Shown here: one piece after another, positions 35,104 through 45,074 of the stretch
How the letters are laid out: each line of letters starts with the position of its first letter
Position numbering within the stretch: position 1 is the stretch's first letter
Assembly: GCF_001194135.2 (NCBI RefSeq)
Contig: NC_068998.1
Coordinates: 19,752,207 to 19,797,280 of the forward strand
Direction of reading: 5' to 3'
Length of the DNA: 45,074 nucleotides
DNA from: Octopus bimaculoides
Lineage: Eukaryota
The notes under the pieces: generated by a model
Seen by the model: only the letters and a program-made list of their open reading frames with translations
What the model was told of the DNA's origin: nothing
The model's database searches: none
Program-made: the position numbers and the translations under genes

Positions 35104-37659
35104 CACACTGAATAATAAAATTCACAATTTCTGGAGAAAAAAGACAAGATAGTCATGCTTTGTATCCCTTTACTCAATCAGGGCTAAACTGGTATTAAAC
35201 AACAATGAGAATTAAATCATGAATGTTTGCTACAAGCTTATCAATAACACTGTGACACTTACTATATTTTCAACCATACAAGTCAAATTTTTCTAGCCAA
35301 AACTTACAACCAAAAAAAGCAAGTTGACTTATGACTTTCAAGGACAAAAATTCCGATGTGAAATGCAGCAGGATTTGGAAAGATGATAATGTTTGACTGT
35401 TTACACTGTATATTATATCAACTTATCTGTTAGAACATATGGTAACTGTTACTAGTCTTCTTCATGTGCCATACTTACAGGTGTTGGTGATCACAGACCT
35501 CTTTTCTCTGTTCAAGGCTTTGTCTTCTAATATCATGTTCAATGAACTTGAACTGATGCATCATGTTAAAAAGATTTTTGTTCATCTATGATCTTCAGTA
35601 TTTGTTAACACTATCTATATAGGATAGCTATGAGAAGCCATAACTCTGTAACATTGCTAAGTTTTTGCACTTGTTTGTTTATATAAGGATGAGTTCTACA
35701 TATGCTCTTAGGACTTTTTTCCTCAGTCTTATTGATAGATATTTATTTGACAATATATGAGATCTCACAAAAAACAACCTTGGCCAGCCCAATCCTTTAC
35801 ACAATTTTTTTGATGTTTTTCCTGTCTGATGTAATGATGATTTCCAAATCTTCAACTCTTTGGTACAGCCTCCTTCTCCAAATTGTTTTAAAATTATCTA
35901 AAAACCTTTCATCAGAATTTCATATCAATTTGTGTCCAAACAAGAGCTTAATAATGACAAAATTGTTTTACTAAATTCTGTATTATTTTCAAATTAATAT
36001 TGAAACAAAAGCAGCATATTTAACAGAGATATGGTAACAGAAAGGTTAAAGCTGTCAACTTGTTTCAAGATTGCTCTACTAAGTTTCATGCTTTAAATTG
36101 GTGATACTTTGACATTTATCATTGTCTTTGTTTTGTTTTCATTAACAGTAGTAACAAATATTTCTAAATATTTCACTGACCTTGCTGTGAGGACTGCATC
36201 ATCTGCATAACAGATATTGCTCTTTTCTTTTCCTATCTGTGTACTTTTTTTAATGGCTTATTGAAGAAGTAGTAGTAAAGCTCATGGCCATACAGATTTG
36301 TGAGATTAGTACACTTGATGTTTGTAATAGGTAAAAAAAAGGACTGCAAATAGTAATGCATGTGTGCATACATGTGGAAGTGACATGCAATGAGCTACCT
36401 CAGATGAGAAGAGATCATTGTAACAGTGGTGGAAGAAGTACAATGATAAGACAGTGTGTCTGAGAGCCAGAGATAATAGTATGTTGAATAGCTTTCTTTT
36501 GGATGAAGTTAGGATATTTGAGCTTATAGCAACTGCTGCAGTGTCTCAGATGTTGGAACAGTATTATATTGTAGGTCATATTTGAATTTTGTAGAGAATA
36601 AATAGGTGCTCAGAGATGGAACTATATTCTATCACTGAAAAGGAAAGCTAGTCTTTAAGACAGAGATTTTGCTGTACTGGGACAACCAAGAAAGATCATC
36701 AGAAGCAGTGAGAGTTAGCCTGATAGCATTTGATTTATTGAATAAGTTACTCCTGATTGTATGTTGTCCAAGTCTAGAAAGGGTGGAGGATAAGATTAAT
36801 CAACATGAGCATCTTTGTACTGTTGAATGAAACAAGATTGCCATAAATTGACTGAAAAATATCTTTGAGATCACTGCTCATGGAAGCAACACAGGCTTGA
36901 TCTCACATATATAGGCTGGATATGGATTACCTGTGTAGAAGGTTAGAAGGGAGTGAAGAGTAAGAAGATTAGCAAAGGAGTGAGTATTATTAAAGGTTAT
37001 AGTAAGCTGTTTATGTAAAACTGGAAGAGTGAAGATGCACCAGAATCGATAGTGTGTGGGTCAGAGAGAGCCCTATTTGTGAATGGTGTATACAGTGATA
37101 ACTGAAGAGGATTTGCTTTCTAAAGTTAACTAGTGAATACAATGAGCATATTTATATGTTATTAAACCTCTTCAGTGAAAAATATTCCAATTAGTTAAAT
37201 CATATTGATTTGGAAAGTATTAACATTACTGTAACATTACTGTACCTAGGAATACACACAAATGTCTCTCATTTCAAACTTTTCAAGTCAGACAAGCAGC
37301 TAAGAAATTTAGAAAAAAAAAAAAAAAATTAGAGTTGTGACAACCAATACTAAAAGGAAAGTACTGGAACCAAAATACTAAAAATGGCTGTAACTGGGAA
37401 TAAAAACTGGGTCATGGACTCTGTGACTCTTTGCAAAGCAAACTTTCCAATTCCATGGCTCTGGTATTCTACAGATAGAAATATCTAAATTTACAAATGT
37501 ATCTTACTCATGTCAACAATGATAAATGAATGTATTTTATGATAATGCAAAGTTTCAAACAAGAAATTGTTTAAAGAAATAAAAGAAATAATGACCAGAC
37601 ACAATATAATGTTTTTTTAAAATTTAATTTTCAAATAAATAATTTTCTGTTGAGTTTTT

Positions 37660-37741
37660 CACTGGTTATTCCACACAATTTATCCAATTCTGGTCGATAC
37701 ATGTTTAAACCAGAATTTTCATAACCAAAAATAACCAGTAA
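37660..37741 (-). promoter_or_regulatory. SECIS element, copy 3
   Basis: Minus strand: ATGA (37722-37719), helix II AATTCTGGTT/GACCAGAATT, loop TAAACATGTATC, GA (37684-37683), helix I present. Confidence 0.9.
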
Positions 37742-38632
37742 GAAAGCCAAAAGGAAAATTTTTTAAAAGTCAATATAAACATTTTCAGTTTCATGATTGT
37801 TACATATAGAATTTTCAAAAGTAAGGCATTGAATGATTTTGAATTCACCCTTGACTATAAAACTTTCTGTGGCTGGTTAAAAAGCTTATTTGTGATGAGT
37901 TAGAAGAATATTAGAGCTGAGTAGTCTAATGAGAGGAAAGAGGAATAAATAGAAAATAGATAACACAGCTGAGAAGAGAGGTGTAGATTTGTGAGGAGGG
38001 GTGGGAATAGGAAATATGGAAGGGAGAATATCATGGATAAAGGGGGGAGGGAGTCGGAAAAGAGTAAGAGGAGGAGGAGGAGTATCAGTGAAAATGGGTA
38101 AGTAAAAAGAAAGAAGCATCGAACAGAGAGTGGGGAAGGAGAAACTTTTAAAAACTGGTGGAGCAAAGAAAAGGGGTGAAGGAAAAAAAAAAGAGGACAA
38201 AGATATAGAAAGAGAGAAAATAGAGAAACTGGATGATTGAAGTGAATAGAGCAAAGTCGGGATAGGACAAAAAGTGAGTGACCGAAGTGTGTAGAAGGAA
38301 GAAGGAAATGGAAAAAAGGGGCAGAAAGTAGGTGAGTGAAAAGAGTAGAGGGGGAACAGGGATAGAAAATAGGAAACAAGAAACTGAGATGAAAAGAAAA
38401 GTTCACAGGTGTAAAGTGAATTAGCACCTCATCATGAAGGCAGACAATAATTGTTATAATCACTCAGTTGTATTACATTTTGCTTCTCAATATAATTGTA
38501 TGCAGAGCAGCCGTAAGGAGCTATATGAACAATGCAGTGAATAGATGCTTCCAGTATCCGATATGTATCTATTTATACAGACACTCCTGTAGATATACTT
38601 GCATTCACATGGAATTAAGAATGGCCATCCAA

Positions 38633-38647
38633 CACACACACACACAT

Positions 38648-38718
<71 letters not shown>

Positions 38719-39358
38719 NNNNNNNNNNNNNNNNNNNNNNNNNNNNNNNNNNNNNNNNNNNNNNNNNNNNNNNNNNNNNNNNNNNNNNNNNNNNNNNNNN
38801 NNNNNNNNNNNNNNNNNNNNNNNNNNNNNNNNNNNNNNNNNNNNNNNNNNNNNNNNNNNNNNNNNNNNNNNNNNNNNNNNNNNNNNNNNNNNNNNNNNNN
38901 NNNNNNNNNNNNNNNNNNNNNNNNNNNNNNNNNNNNNNNNNNNNNNNNNNNNNNNNNNNNNNNNNNNNNNNNNNNNNNNNNNNNNNNNNNNNNNNNNNNN
39001 NNNNNNNNNNNNNNNNNNNNNNNNNNNNNNNNNNNNNNNNNNNNNNNNNNNNNNNNNNNNNNNNNNNNNNNNNNNNNNNNNNNNNNNNNNNNNNNNNNNN
39101 NNNNNNNNNNNNNNNNNNNNNNNNNNNNNNNNNNNNNNNNNNNNNNNNNNNNNNNNNNNNNNNNNNNNNNNNNNNNNNNNNNNNNNNNNNNNNNNNNNNN
39201 NNNNNNNNNNNNNNNNNNNNNNNNNNNNNNNNNNNNNNNNNNNNNNNNNNNNNNNNNNNNNNNNNNNNNNNNNNNNNNNNNNNNNNNNNNNNNNNNNNNN
39301 NNNNNNNNNNNNNNNNNNNNNNNNNNNNNNNNNNNNNNNNNNNNNNNNNNNNNNNNNN

Positions 39359-39389
<31 letters not shown>

Positions 39390-39407
39390 CATATACACAC
39401 ACACACA
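38633..39407. repeat. Microsatellite plus 640-N gap inside the copy 3 3' UTR
   Basis: Flanks align with contiguous copy 1 UTR sequence around 8920-8940. Confidence 0.8.
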
Positions 39408-39834
39408 TCACTGCTACCACAACAGGCTACCCAACATTAACCAGTACATTTAGATGCCACTTACAACATACACTGCAATTCAAACATCACAAGACATCTC
39501 ATCACTAAACAAGGTAAACAATGAAGTGTGTTTTTGTTGTTGACTGGACACATATTGAGAAGGATAACATGTAAGGGTAGCAATACGTACTGGATAAATA
39601 TCTTCACTATAACAAGACAGGTTGTACGATGTAGATCATGATACTGGGATGTAAGCCAGTCCATATCATAGCTATATGTCTGCGTCATGAAGATACAGAA
39701 AAGTATGATAGTCAAGGGCTTTAATATGTATTAAATTATAAAGGAAGCATCAAATGAAATTGCAGGGAGTTTAAGGTGTAACATAACTGCAGCATTTTCT
39801 TGTAGATATATTAGCTTTATAGAGTTCAGCAGAC

Positions 39835-39900
39835 CTATTCATCTTTTGAAATGACAGGGATTGGTTTACCTGCTTTGGCATCACGCAATATACATAAAAT
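39835..39900 (-). CDS. Copy 3 last coding exon: ILCILRDAKAGKPIPVISKDE* (TAG), no CaaX
   Basis: Acceptor ttcttttcag, phase 0, collinear with the copy 1 last exon; 3' UTR homology follows. Confidence 0.85.
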   Translation of the reverse strand: MLCILRDAKAGKPIPVISKDE

Positions 39901-39959
39901 CTGAAAAGAAAAAGTAAATAAATAGATAATACTCTAAAAATTTATAATAAATTAGTATA

Positions 39960-40260
39960 TATGTATGTGTGTGTGTGTGTGTCTTTGTGTCTGTGTTTGT
40001 ATCCCACCATCGTTTGACAACTGATATTAGTGTGTTTCCATCCCTGTAACTTAGCGGTTTGGCAAAAGAAACTGATAGAATAAGTACTAGGCTTACAAAG
40101 AATAAGTCCTTTAAGGTGAATGAATTAACCCCAGTACTTATTTTTAAAGCGTGGTACTTATTCTGTTGATCACTTTTGCCAAACTGCCAAGTTACAGGGA
40201 AATAAACAAACAAACAATGATTGTCAAAAGCTGGTGGGACAAACAAACACACAAAGACAA
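39960..40260. mobile_element. Two opposed SINE 3' halves followed by a (TATG)n/(TATC)n microsatellite to ~40565
   Basis: Family motifs on + (gtaacttagcggtttggcaaaaga) and on - (cttttgccaaactgccaagttacaggg). Confidence 0.6.
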
Positions 40261-40535
40261 ACATATGTATGTATGTACGTTTGTGTGTGTGTGTATGTAT
40301 GTGTGTGTGTATGTATGTATGTATGCGTGCATGTATGCATGCATGCATGTATGTATGTATGTATGTATGTTTGTGTGTATGTATGTGTGTGTATGTATGT
40401 ATGCGTGCATGTATGTATGCATGCATGTATGTATGTTTGTGTGTGTGTGTATGTATGTGTGTGTATGTATGTATGCATGCATGTATGTATGCATGCATGT
40501 ATGTATGTATGTATGTATGTATGTATCTATCTATC

Positions 40536-40566
<31 letters not shown>

Positions 40567-40568
<2 letters not shown>

Positions 40569-40953
40569 TTATTATTCTTATATAAGAATGCTGTTGATAG
40601 TGACTTCAAAGATTTGGTCAGTTAGGCCATAGTTAGACTGCAGTTAGTCTCTGTTGAGTCTATAAACAAACACCAAATGAACTCTACTGTTTACAAAGTT
40701 CTACATGCATGAATACATTCTAAACAATAACATACCCCAAATTTAATCAATCAAAATTTTTCCAAGACACCCCTCCCATAACAACCAATTACAAAAGCCT
40801 AATTACCACCCCACTCAAACCCACATAACCAAAGATGATTTCAACTCAACAGAGACTTCATAAAAGCAAGACTGCACCACAGTCTGACAATGGCTTAGCT
40901 GGCTGAAAGTTTTAAGTCACTGTCAACAACATTTTTGTATAAGAATAATAAAT
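40567..40953. mobile_element. Inverted-repeat element (~90-bp arms) in the last intron of copy 3
   Basis: atttattattcttatataagaatgctgttgatagtgactt... versus ...aagtcactgtcaacaacatttttgtataagaataataaat. Confidence 0.7.
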
Positions 40954-41194
40954 TTGTACTCTACAAAAGTATTGAGTAACCCATCAGATTGATTAAAGAT
41001 AAGTTCACTGCCATCAATTCGTTGCAGGAGAGTTTACTACCATCAATTCACCGTGAATGAAGTTCACTGTGAGGATAGTTCACTACAAGGAAAGTTTACC
41101 AAGAAAAATATATCCATAGCATCTCACCATTAATAGTTAAAAACTATTTTATTGAAAGAAAAAAATGAAAGTAATGGAGATCAATATGGGAAAT

Positions 41195-41285
41195 CAGTGA
41201 ACACTCCTTACAGTGAACATTCCTTATAGTGAACATTCCTTACAGTGAACATTCCTTACAGTGAACATTCCTTACAGTGAACTTT
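41195..41285. repeat. 16-bp minisatellite (CAGTGAACATTCCTTA) x5 plus a partial unit
   Basis: Units start at 41195, 41211, 41227, 41243, 41259 and 41275. Confidence 0.9.
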
Positions 41286-41766
41286 CTCTGTGGTGAATAA
41301 ATGACGGACATGCATCAGATTAATGTAAAATTGTTTTTATTATAACTGAACATAAAAAGAAACATCAATACACACACACACACGATTTTAAACTTGGGTA
41401 TACACCTTGTAGTATACCATTTAAAGCCTGTTCACTGCCTTTGACTACCTGATGAGTTGTTGTACCTGTAATTCAAAGGGCCAGCCTTGTTACATTCTGT
41501 GTCATGTTGAATTTCCCTGAGACCTATGTTAAGGGTAAATATGTTTGTGGAGTGCTCAGCTACTTGCATGCTAATTTCACAAGCAGGCTGTTCCTTTGAT
41601 TGGATCAACTGGCACACTCATTGTAATAACTGACAGAGTGCTGTATAGTAGTACTGGAACAACTATGATATTTAATTTCACAGTGAAAAAGGGTTAAATA
41701 CTGTGACAATGTCTTCAAAATAAAATATCTCTGTTTAGTATCTACATCTAAGTTCTTTTTATTTAA

Positions 41767-42001
41767 TCCTTTAGTGCTCATATTACTCATATTACTTCAT
41801 ATTACTCAAATGTAGTAATTAACTATTCACACTATTTTGAATAAATTATGCACTATCTTGTAGCTTTGAGATTTTGATAATGTAATTGTTTATTCTTGGA
41901 ATGACATTGTAGGGTAGGTGTGACATGGCAGATCTGGCCAGTTTGAATATAAAACAGGTAGAATATTTGGGTTGGATATGGTTGGATTAAATGCTAAAGG
42001 G
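41767..42001. mobile_element. piggyBac-like MITE, degenerate ends
   Basis: ttaa|TCCTTTAGTGCT ... AATGCTAAAGGG|tcaa; body matches 15116-15329. Confidence 0.7.
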
Positions 42002-42149
42002 TCAAATGTGCAAATAAATTTATAGAAACAAATGCAAAGATAAATATCATGAGTTATTTTTTTTCATTTTTTATATATAAAAAATCGAAGGGAAATGCAC
42101 ATTTGAAATAAGGAATAATTAAAGGTTAAATGAAATGGAAAATATTTAC

Positions 42150-42226
42150 CTGTTCATGGACAGCATTAGAACCAGACTCAAGTCGAGAGTGAATAAACTG
42201 ACCATTGACAGAAACTTCAAAGGCAC
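42150..42226 (-). CDS. Copy 3 penultimate coding exon: (G)AFEVSVNGQFIHSRLESGSNAVHEQ
   Basis: Acceptor atatattag, donor gtaaat, 77 nt, same phases as the paralogous exons. Confidence 0.88.
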
Positions 42227-42789
42227 CTAATATATGAGATGGGTTCAATTAGAGATGTTTGCAAGCGTTGAATGCAAAAATATTTCCTACACTATAACAT
42301 TAGGCAACAGAATTTTGAAAAACCTATAAATTATGAAATCTTGCTTCCAGTAAAGTTAAAAATACAACCCCCACCCCCAAAAAAAAAACTTACATTGTAA
42401 AGTCCATGACAATTTTAGTTTAAATATAAAATAATTTTGTTATTTTGGTGACAAAAGAACTTAGTTATGAATAACCGCTGCCTGACTGGTCACGTGCCGG
42501 TGGCATGTGAAAAGCACCATTCGAACATGATTGTTGTCAATGCCACCTGACTGGCTCCCATGCCAGTGGCACGTAAAAAAAGCACCCACTACTCTCTCGG
42601 AGTGGTTGGCATTAGGAAGGTCATCCTGAAACTTTGCCAGATTGGATTGGAGCCTGGTGCAGCCTTCTGACTTGCCATCCCTCAGTCAACTGTCCAACCC
42701 ATGCCAGCATGGAAAGCAGACATTAAACGACGACGACGATGACAATGATATATATATGTATATATACATACATTGATATATGGACAATA

Positions 42790-43520
42790 CGAGAGGGTAC
42801 CCAAAAGTAACTGGAAAGGTTCTCTGTGGGACAAGACCATTGTCATTAAGGCTTCCTTTACTAGAAGCCACTTGATGCGACCCTCAGGCATCAGTCTGCT
42901 GACCAGCAGCATCATGTACAGCCATATAGTGCATCTTTGTTTTGCAGTGCTTCTCCTCTGTTTGTCAATTTTTGTGATGGCTGAAACAAAGGAGCAGTGT
43001 GCTTCCATGAAATTCTGTTTTCTATTGAAGAAAATGGTTGCTGAAACAATTGTCATGCTTCAAACAACTTACAAAGATACTGCCATGAACGAAACACAAG
43101 GTTATGAGTGGTTTTCACACTTTAGGAATGGTCAGTTGTTGCTTGAAGACCGACCTCGTTCAGGGCAACTGTCAACCTCCCGAATGAATGAAAACATCAT
43201 GAAAATTCATGAACTGATCTTGGAGGACCATCACTGAACAATTGACAAACTTGTTGATATGACTTGTGTGTCCTAGAGTGCCTGCCAACGAATTTTGAGT
43301 GAGGAATTGTGAATGAAAAAGAGGTGCAGCAAAATGTGTGCCTCGCTTGCTCACAGAAGATCAAAAGCAGTTATGACTGAATGCATGTTCTGAACTGAAA
43401 GAACAATTGGAGTTGATCAGGACTTTTTTTTCGAAGGCCATCACTGGTAATGCTATGGAATTTTTAGATGTGGAAGAGGTGAAAGAAAAAATAACAGAGG
43501 CGTTAATAGGCATCACTTCT
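42790..43520 (+). mobile_element. Internally deleted mariner remnant
   Basis: EQCASMKFCFLLKKMVAETIVMLQTTY...YEWFSHFRNGQLLLEDRPRSG, ILSEEL; TIR-like start TA|CGAGAGGGTACCCAAAAGTAAC. Confidence 0.78.
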
Positions 43521-43529
43521 GACCCTTTG

Positions 43530-43700
43530 CAGAGGCCTGGCAAGGAGCCTTCTGGCAAGGAGCCTTCTGGCAGCAGTCCTCTCCAACCAGGGATTGACTA
43601 CAATCTCCTGTAGCTTTACATGGCCATCTGAATTAAGTCTAAGGCCCTGTTTAGGGTTGTGGGGTGGCATCCCATCACCATCAAAAGAGACACCCATAGA
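43530..43700 (-). mobile_element. Tc1/mariner-superfamily transposase fragment
   Basis: VSFDGDGMPPH...GLRLNSDGHVKLQEIVVNPWLER; similar family to 17590-18080. Confidence 0.6.
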
Positions 43701-44018
43701 CCATTACAGTTTGGAGGAACTTTGTTTTCATGATACAGGGATCACCTCTTACAACCTCCACAATGTTCACGAAGCATTAAGTAGTAGTCATGATATCAGC
43801 ATTTTGATATCTGGCACAAATCATCATAATACAGGGAACTCTTTTCCAATTTTCAGATGGCTTCCAGTCCTCTATGTCAGGTAACTTTTTCTCAACTACA
43901 ACTTTAATCTTTAAGCTCTCCAATGCCATTGACTGTTCACCAATACATCAAGCTTTTCCTGAAGAAAGGAGGCATAAAAATCATCAAATTTATCCCAAAG
44001 ATCCTATACATATATGCA

Positions 44019-44106
<88 letters not shown>

Positions 44107-44124
44107 CACACACATATATATATG

Positions 44125-44290
44125 TATATGATGGGCTTCTTTAGGTTTTCATGTACAAAATCCGTTCTTAAGGCTTTGGTTGGCCCAGGGCTATAGTTGA
44201 AGACACTTGCTAAGGTACCATGCAGTAGGACTCAACCCAAGTTCACATGATTGGGAAGCAAGTTTCTTAATCACACCGTCATGCCTATGG
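44125..44290 (-). mobile_element. SINE 5' half, reverse, preceded by (TA)n at 44010-44125
   Basis: Reverse complement of the family head. Confidence 0.65.
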
Positions 44291-44548
44291 TACCACAAAA
44301 AGTAGATTTGCTATACCAGTCTTCATTCCTATCAAACCTACTTTTAATCATCATTGCATCTCTTGCTAAATAAACTATCCACCAGGTTTTACATGCAATA
44401 TTTCATCCTAAAGATCGTTGTTCTAAAAAATACTTCTGTTACATTGTTGAAAAAATGAAGTAACCTCCAACTGTGTTATGTGTCTATTTAGCCAACTGAT
44501 CTGAGAGACAAATGTGTAATACTTATATAATAATAAAACAAATCTCAC

Positions 44549-44649
44549 CAAAAGTCTTGCTAATAATGTCTACAACTTTAGCTTCAGGAAACTCATTCTG
44601 GATGTCTTTACGGAGTGAATTCATCTTGTTCCATCCACCTCAGGCATCA
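44549..44649 (-). CDS. Copy 3 Sec-containing exon: (C)DA-U-GGWNKMNSLRKDIQNEFPEAKVVDIISKTF(G); TGA at 44642-44640
   Basis: Acceptor ttgttttatag, donor G|gtgaga, 101 nt as in copy 2. The Cys codon requires a TG-ending upstream exon that is not in the window. Confidence 0.88.
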
Positions 44650-45074
44650 CTATAAAACAAAATCATACACTGTCTGTTAATAATTACATTTTAGTGAGAA
44701 AAATAGCTAGAGATGATAATAAAAAATAAACTGAAATGTCAAGTTAATCAAAATGGGAGTGTTCACTGTTCTTAATTGGTGTTGATTTTTATAAATACCA
44801 ACATCTAAGAAAAAAAAATTCCCAACACCTTAATAACCATTATAAATATAAGGAACTTGGGATCTTTTTTAAAACGGGGGCCACATTTTTCATTAACGAA
44901 ACACTTTGAAACTTGGAACACTGGTAGAATGTGTCACATAAAACATCTTTTTCTCTTAGTCTTCTTAAAAAAAAAAGAAATCCATAAGTTATTCCATGTT
45001 AAAGTTGTCGTATTTCTGTAATTTCAACCAATCACTGACGTCCATTCAGCCGATATACATTAAGTGCCGACTAC

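Noticed and set aside
36400-37100. Possible old LINE remnant or additional gene between copies 2 and 3
   Set aside because: No recognisable motif or open frame could be supported by eye.
41195-41285. 16-bp repeat array as CRISPR
   Set aside because: Head-to-tail units without spacers, no cas genes, eukaryotic context.

Overview
AT-rich, repeat-dense eukaryotic scaffold with many microsatellites and N-gaps. The SINE and RTE-LINE families resemble those I recall from octopus, so I infer a coleoid cephalopod; this is not verified. The host genes are nearly invisible in the ORF track: three paralogous multi-exon Rdx-family (SelW2/MIEN1-like) genes. Copy 1 (+) shows its last two coding exons (5535-5611, 8465-8548), ends in a CaaX box (CIIQ) and has a SECIS at ~9481-9563. 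Copy 2 (+) has exons 21983-22074, 24121-24221 and 24683-24759 with an in-frame TGA in C-Q-S-U, a SECIS at ~30640-30721, and no visible last coding exon. Copy 3 (-) has exons 44649-44549, 42226-42150 and 39900-39835 with TGA in C-D-A-U and a SECIS at ~37741-37660. The three SECIS stems covary, so the TGAs are most likely selenocysteine. The copies diverge quickly at protein level. Copy 3 lost its CaaX box through a TAG, behind which lies a cryptic V-C-U-T-L tail. The rest of the window is decayed transposons: a CMC/Chapaev-like transposase, Tc1/mariner remnants, RTE LINEs, tRNA-derived SINEs, TTAA MITEs and fold-back elements. All calls were made by eye without searches.
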